Positions 59,685 to 64,000 of a stretch of 64,000 bases of DNA are shown in pieces (the first letter of the stretch is position 1; the number at the start of each line of letters is the position of its first letter). The notes beneath the pieces are model-generated. The model saw only the letters and a list, made by a program, of their open reading frames with translations, searched no databases and was not told the DNA's origin. The stretch spans positions 82,595 to 146,594 of the forward strand of contig CACLCM010000001.1 of assembly GCA_902605365.1 (NCBI GenBank), read 5' to 3'. A program made the position numbers and the translations under genes. The stretch is from an uncultured Candidatus Poseidoniales archaeon (lineage in GTDB: Archaea; Thermoplasmatota; Poseidoniia; Poseidoniales; Poseidoniaceae).

Positions 59685-60950
59685 ATGGACAAGGGTGACA
59701 ACTACACTGTAGCCGATTTGGAACTGGCGAGTGAAGGTGCTTTGCGAGTTGATTGGGCCCGCTCTAGGATGCCCGTCTTAGCTGCACTTCGCGCACAAGC
59801 TGAGATTGACCAACCACTTGCAGGAATGCGAGTTGCTGGTTGCCTCCACGTGACCAAAGAAACGGCTGTACTAATCGAAACCATTGAGGCAGCAGGAGCA
59901 AAAATATCCTGGTCTGGTTGCAATCCACTTTCTACCCAAGATGATGTCGCAGCATGGCTTGCTCGTGAAGGATATTCAGTCCATGCTTGGCATGGACAAT
60001 CTGTTGAAGACTTCTATTGGTGTATTGACAAGACTCTCGAATTCAAACCTACGTTGACCTTAGATGACGGAGCAGATTTGATTGTGCGAGTTCATGGCGA
60101 AAAGTCTGAGTTTGCAGAAACCGTAATCGGAGGAACCGAGGAAACAACAACTGGAGTACACCGTTTGCGAGCTATGGCTGCTGCTGGTGACTTGAAATAT
60201 CCAGTTCTTGCAGTTAATGATGCCATTACTAAGTGGGACTTTGACAATGTTTACGGAACAGGTCAATCAACAATAGATGGAATTATTCGTTCGACTAGTG
60301 TCCTGATTGCAGGAAAAACATTCGTTGTTGCAGGCTACGGACACTGTGGTCGAGGTTTAGCAATGAGGGCCCGTGGAATGGGTGCCAATGTCATCATCAC
60401 TGAAATCGACCCACTTCCTGGTCTTCGTGCAGTAATGGATGGATTTAGAGTAATGAAGATGGATGAAGCTGCTCCATTGGGAGACATATTCTGTACTGCT
60501 ACTGGTATGAAGGATGTAATAGTTGGAAGGCACATGGACATGATGAAAGACGGGGTACTACTTTCCAATACAGGTCACTATGATTGTGAAATTAATATTG
60601 CTGAGTTGAAAGAAAGGTCGGTTTCAATGCGCACTATACGCCCTGAAAACGATGAATACACTTTGGCGAATGGAAATACAATTCACCTGTTAGCTGACGG
60701 CCGACTAGTCAATCTAGCAGCAGCAGAAGGACATCCTTCAGAAGTTATGGACATGAGTTTTGCAAATCAGTTCTTATCGCTGTGCAGGCTTGCTGCTGAG
60801 AGCGATCAATTAGAGGCACAGGTCTACGATATCAGTCTAGAACAAGACATGGGTCTTGCCAAAACCAAACTCGAGACTCTTGGATTTTCAATCGATGAAC
60901 TAACTCAAGAACAGATTACATATTCTACAGATTATACTGCAGGTACGTGA
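59685..60950 (+). CDS. ahcY: adenosylhomocysteinase
   Basis: GCLHVT.ETAVL, GCNPLSTQD, LDDGAD, EETTTGV, FDNVYGTGQS, GYG..GRG, GRLVNL..AEGHP. Confidence 0.97.
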   Translation: MDKGDNYTVADLELASEGALRVDWARSRMPVLAALRAQAEIDQPLAGMRVAGCLHVTKETAVLIETIEAAGAKISWSGCNPLSTQDDVAAWLAREGYSVHAWHGQSVEDFYWCIDKTLEFKPTLTLDDGADLIVRVHGEKSEFAETVIGGTEETTTGVHRLRAMAAAGDLKYPVLAVNDAITKWDFDNVYGTGQSTIDGIIRSTSVLIAGKTFVVAGYGHCGRGLAMRARGMGANVIITEIDPLPGLRAVMDGFRVMKMDEAAPLGDIFCTATGMKDVIVGRHMDMMKDGVLLSNTGHYDCEINIAELKERSVSMRTIRPENDEYTLANGNTIHLLADGRLVNLAAAEGHPSEVMDMSFANQFLSLCRLAAESDQLEAQVYDISLEQDMGLAKTKLETLGFSIDELTQEQITYSTDYTAGT

Positions 60951-61982
60951 TTACTCTTCTTCATAAGAAGATAATTCTGAATCTTCTTCTTCTTCGATGA
61001 ATCCAATTTCATCATAGTGACTTTCGAAGTCAGGCATGTTTATCTTCCAATTCCTTGGAAGTTTCCTGTTTGCAGATATTATCTTCTCAAGGCGCTGTTG
61101 GAATGCAGGTGGGTGCCTTGAAAACAAGAACATATACAGTTTTGTTCCACGAATATCCTCTGGAATCACAACCTTTCCACTACTTGCTTCAAATTGAATC
61201 GCTCTCAACAAGTTGAATCCAGGTTTGTTCACTCTGTGGTATAGTTTACGAGTAAATGACATTCCAATAATTACTGTAACTAGAATTAGTAGACTTGTTA
61301 GACAGAATGCACCCCATCCTTCTCCAAATAACCATCTAGATGCAAATACTTCCATCATAAGAAATGGGATAGTAGTGAGCATGAAAAGCATATTCTCGGA
61401 AACAGGAGCCTTATTGGCTCTCATCTTAATTGCAGTCCAACCTCCATGGTTTTTTTGCCATGGTTTGAAATGGATTTTAGGGTCTTGTTCAGCAGACCTC
61501 TCCAGTGTGCGATGTAGTTGAGTAATTCTAGCGAGTTGAGAATTTGCAATGTCTAAATTATCTTCAAACAGAGAACTTAGACGGTCTCTTGCTTCTGCAT
61601 ACATTCCTAAATCAGACAGTATTGTTGCTTGTTCAACAATAGGTACTGATTCGAGAGGAGCGGCATCTCTACATCGTTGCCACCAATGAAGAGCATCTTC
61701 GTGCAACCCTAACTGGTCGACCATGATTCGACCACCTTTAATCCAAGCATCGACCCTTGATGGGTCAAGTTCAATCACTTTATTGCAAGCAACTAATGCT
61801 TTAGAAGCCTGGTCAATATCTGGGTATTTACCATCAGGAGACAATAGTTCGACGATCATCCACCAAGCATTCGAATGTTCGGGGTCGGCTTTTACTGCTA
61901 ATCTAGCATGCTCTAAAGCATCATCAAATTCGCCATTCTCTTCCGCTTCAATAGCATCAAGATAATGACTTTCACCGCTCAT
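60951..61982 (-). CDS. TPR-repeat membrane protein
   Basis: N-terminal TPR-like helices (A...DP....AW), 2 TM helices, acidic tail; ATGA overlap with the upstream gene. Confidence 0.75.
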   Translation of the reverse strand: MSGESHYLDAIEAEENGEFDDALEHARLAVKADPEHSNAWWMIVELLSPDGKYPDIDQASKALVACNKVIELDPSRVDAWIKGGRIMVDQLGLHEDALHWWQRCRDAAPLESVPIVEQATILSDLGMYAEARDRLSSLFEDNLDIANSQLARITQLHRTLERSAEQDPKIHFKPWQKNHGGWTAIKMRANKAPVSENMLFMLTTIPFLMMEVFASRWLFGEGWGAFCLTSLLILVTVIIGMSFTRKLYHRVNKPGFNLLRAIQFEASSGKVVIPEDIRGTKLYMFLFSRHPPAFQQRLEKIISANRKLPRNWKINMPDFESHYDEIGFIEEEEDSELSSYEEE

Positions 61983-63052
61983 TCACGATTCCTCCGCTCA
62001 CTACGACCATACTTTGCAGATTGTAGGGGAGGGGGGTCCTTCAGTTTCCTGTGGTGCCCTTTGTTTCTTGGTCCACCTACTCTTTTCGAGCGTCCACAAC
62101 TGAAACACTCGTTTCTCTTAGCGAAATTTGATTTTCCACATTGAGGACATTCCCAATCGCCAGCTCTTGGCTCAGGTGCTTCTCTCCTATCGCCAGGTCT
62201 GCGGTCATTACCTTCCCACTTTCTTGAATCTGGATTTCTTCTTCTGTCATCACGACCACTCCTGTCGTCACGACCTCTGCGGTCGTCACGTCCACGCCTG
62301 TCATCACGACCTCTGCGGTCATTTCCGCCTCTGCGATCATTACGCTGATTTGAGCCTCCTCCTCTTTTTGGCTCACCACAGCGGTTACATTCAGTTCTGA
62401 ATGCGAAGTTGGAATTATTACACTTTGGACATTCCCAATCGTTGTCCGAAAAATTACCGCGACCGTCTCTTCTGTCGTCACGACCTCTGCGGTCATCACG
62501 TCCACGCCTGTCATCACGTCCACGCCTGTCATCACGACCTCTGCGGTCATTACCGCCTCTGCGGTCATTACGCTGACTTGAGCCTCCTCTTTTTGGCTCA
62601 CCACAGCGTTTACATTCAGTTCTGAATGCGAAGTTGGAATTATTGCACTTTGGACATTCCCAATCGTTGTCTGAAAAATTACCGCGACGGTCTCTTCTGT
62701 CATCACGACCTCTGCGGTCTTCACGTCCACGCCTGTCATCACGACCTCTACGGTCGTCTCGGCCACGACTATCATCGCGTCCTCTTCGATTGTCATTTGA
62801 TTGCCGATTATCTCTTGGCCTTTTGGTACGAATAGTAATTTCTAGACCTACCATTTGACTGGCATTTGATTTTCTGTCAAGATGGGCGACATGAACTAGT
62901 GACTCGTTTAGATTACCAATTACTCCATCGACCTTGCCGATGTATGTTTCACCAGAATCGATCATTACTGAACCAAGGGCAGGGCACGCTCCCGAGTAAC
63001 TAACGAGCAATCCACCTTCGTGGCTGACTCTCTCTACCCTACCTTTGAACAT
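61979..63052 (-). CDS. Gar1/Naf1-like domain fused to RGRDDR repeats and three RanBP2-type zinc fingers
   Basis: N-terminal 75 aa follow the archaeal Gar1 pattern (G.V......G.L.V.....P.LG....D.....IGKV..V.G......V.V); three DW.CP.C...NFA.R.EC..CG..K fingers. Confidence 0.75.
   Translation of the reverse strand: MFKGRVERVSHEGGLLVSYSGACPALGSVMIDSGETYIGKVDGVIGNLNESLVHVAHLDRKSNASQMVGLEITIRTKRPRDNRQSNDNRRGRDDSRGRDDRRGRDDRRGREDRRGRDDRRDRRGNFSDNDWECPKCNNSNFAFRTECKRCGEPKRGGSSQRNDRRGGNDRRGRDDRRGRDDRRGRDDRRGRDDRRDGRGNFSDNDWECPKCNNSNFAFRTECNRCGEPKRGGGSNQRNDRRGGNDRRGRDDRRGRDDRRGRDDRSGRDDRRRNPDSRKWEGNDRRPGDRREAPEPRAGDWECPQCGKSNFAKRNECFSCGRSKRVGGPRNKGHHRKLKDPPPLQSAKYGRSERRNRE
62245..62790 (-). repeat. 18-bp RGRDDR coding repeats within a 225-bp internal duplication
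   Basis: tcacgacctctgcgg / tcacgtccacgcctg units; zinc-finger block repeated at 62362 and 62587. Confidence 0.9.
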
Positions 63053-63088
63053 AACCCCGCCTCGGAGTACTCCTTTTCAGTGTGACGG

Positions 63089-64000
63089 TCAATCTCTACG
63101 GAGTAGAATTGCCGCTCCTAGCATGGAAAACATAGTAGCAAACATTCCAATTGAGGGTAGTCCGCTTTCTTCAGCCGAGCTATCAGTGTCTCCTGGTTCA
63201 ACAACATTTCCGGCATAAGGATCTGATACACTAACTTCGATAATTGAGATTTCACCAACAGAATCAGTCGCACTGAGAGTTACATCATATTGAGTCAATC
63301 CATCAGCAACACATTTTGCGATTGAAAGGCTAACATCCCAATTTGGTCTTTCTCCAGTGAAACTTGTAGTGGTTTCTCCACACATTGTAGCAGAGAGTTG
63401 TACATCACCGCCATCTGGGTCATACACTTCACCAGATAGTGTGAATGAGAACTGGTCTGAAGCCCAGGTTGCTTGTGAACCATCAATCTGGTCAGTTTCG
63501 ACTGTGATTACAGGTGGAGTATTGGTCTTTTCAAGAGACAGGTCAATCATTACATCCCAATCTAACATTCCAGTAGATGTTGCAGTAACATGAATCATGA
63601 ACGCACCGGGGGATATTCCTGAAAGTTGTACAGCATCAGTGGATGATGTAGAACCTAGATTGGTTTGTGTCACAGGGCCATCTCCTCCATCTTGAGATGC
63701 AGCAAGGCTAACTGCAAGGTTTTGAACCAATAATGATGGAGTAGATTCGATGTTTACCGAGTCACTGTAACTTGCAAGTTGGTCAGGTGCAGAGAAACTT
63801 GCCGGCTGTCCAAATCTCCAGGACTTTGTAGCATTATTTCTCTCGCCATACGGGTCTACAATTGCGCAATCCGCGGTTCCCGAATCTGAAACACCAGAAG
63901 TTACCAGAAGTTCTCCTGCTGAATTCATTCTACTCGACCAACCGTCCTCAGCGAAAGTACAATCCAATCCCCATGCATGGTTGTCACTAGCCCAATCAGC
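63089..64000 (-). CDS. C-terminal part of a surface protein with a PGF-CTERM-like anchor (5'-truncated by window)
   Basis: Frame open to 64000; Ig-like NTPP.I...DPDG repeat; ends GLPSIG + hydrophobic helix + RRD. Confidence 0.75.
   Translation of the reverse strand, partial: ADWASDNHAWGLDCTFAEDGWSSRMNSAGELLVTSGVSDSGTADCAIVDPYGERNNATKSWRFGQPASFSAPDQLASYSDSVNIESTPSLLVQNLAVSLAASQDGGDGPVTQTNLGSTSSTDAVQLSGISPGAFMIHVTATSTGMLDWDVMIDLSLEKTNTPPVITVETDQIDGSQATWASDQFSFTLSGEVYDPDGGDVQLSATMCGETTTSFTGERPNWDVSLSIAKCVADGLTQYDVTLSATDSVGEISIIEVSVSDPYAGNVVEPGDTDSSAEESGLPSIGMFATMFSMLGAAILLRRD

Noticed and set aside
62245..62790. Regular short repeats resembling a CRISPR array
   Set aside because: 18-bp in-frame coding units with synonymous variation, no unique spacers and no cas genes.
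62077..62796. 239-aa alternative-frame ORF (VVMTAE repeats)
   Set aside because: Shadow of the RGRDDR repeat, which lacks stops in that frame; the zinc-finger frame is the meaningful one.

Overview
A gene-dense 64 kb archaeal chromosome segment, most consistent with Marine Group II Euryarchaeota (Poseidoniales). This assignment is inferred from the A1-U72 tRNA-Gln, an archaeal RqcH, a Gar1-like domain, TATA boxes about 25 nt before start codons, and several giant acidic FG-GAP/thrombospondin-3 surface proteins. Housekeeping genes include M29 and M32 peptidases, dihydroorotase, Mog, RNase PH, thiolase, 2-oxoacid:ferredoxin oxidoreductase, aconitase, AhcY, an FeS photolyase with Nei, and two tRNAs. 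Two things stand out. (1) A roughly 4.6 kb AT-rich cassette at 30235-34849 is bounded by an 11-bp direct repeat. It carries a frameshifted serine recombinase, a C5-cytosine methyltransferase whose TATA box is flanked by two CCWGG sites, and a GmrSD-type (DUF262-DUF1524/HNH) nuclease with an extra N-terminal domain resembling B3/EcoRII-N folds. It may be a self-methylating, sequence-specific GmrSD defence module. (2) A Gar1-like domain is fused to RGRDDR low-complexity repeats and three FUS/TAF15-like RanBP2 zinc fingers, a eukaryote-like RNA-binding architecture in an archaeon. All family calls come from motif recognition by eye; no database searches were run.
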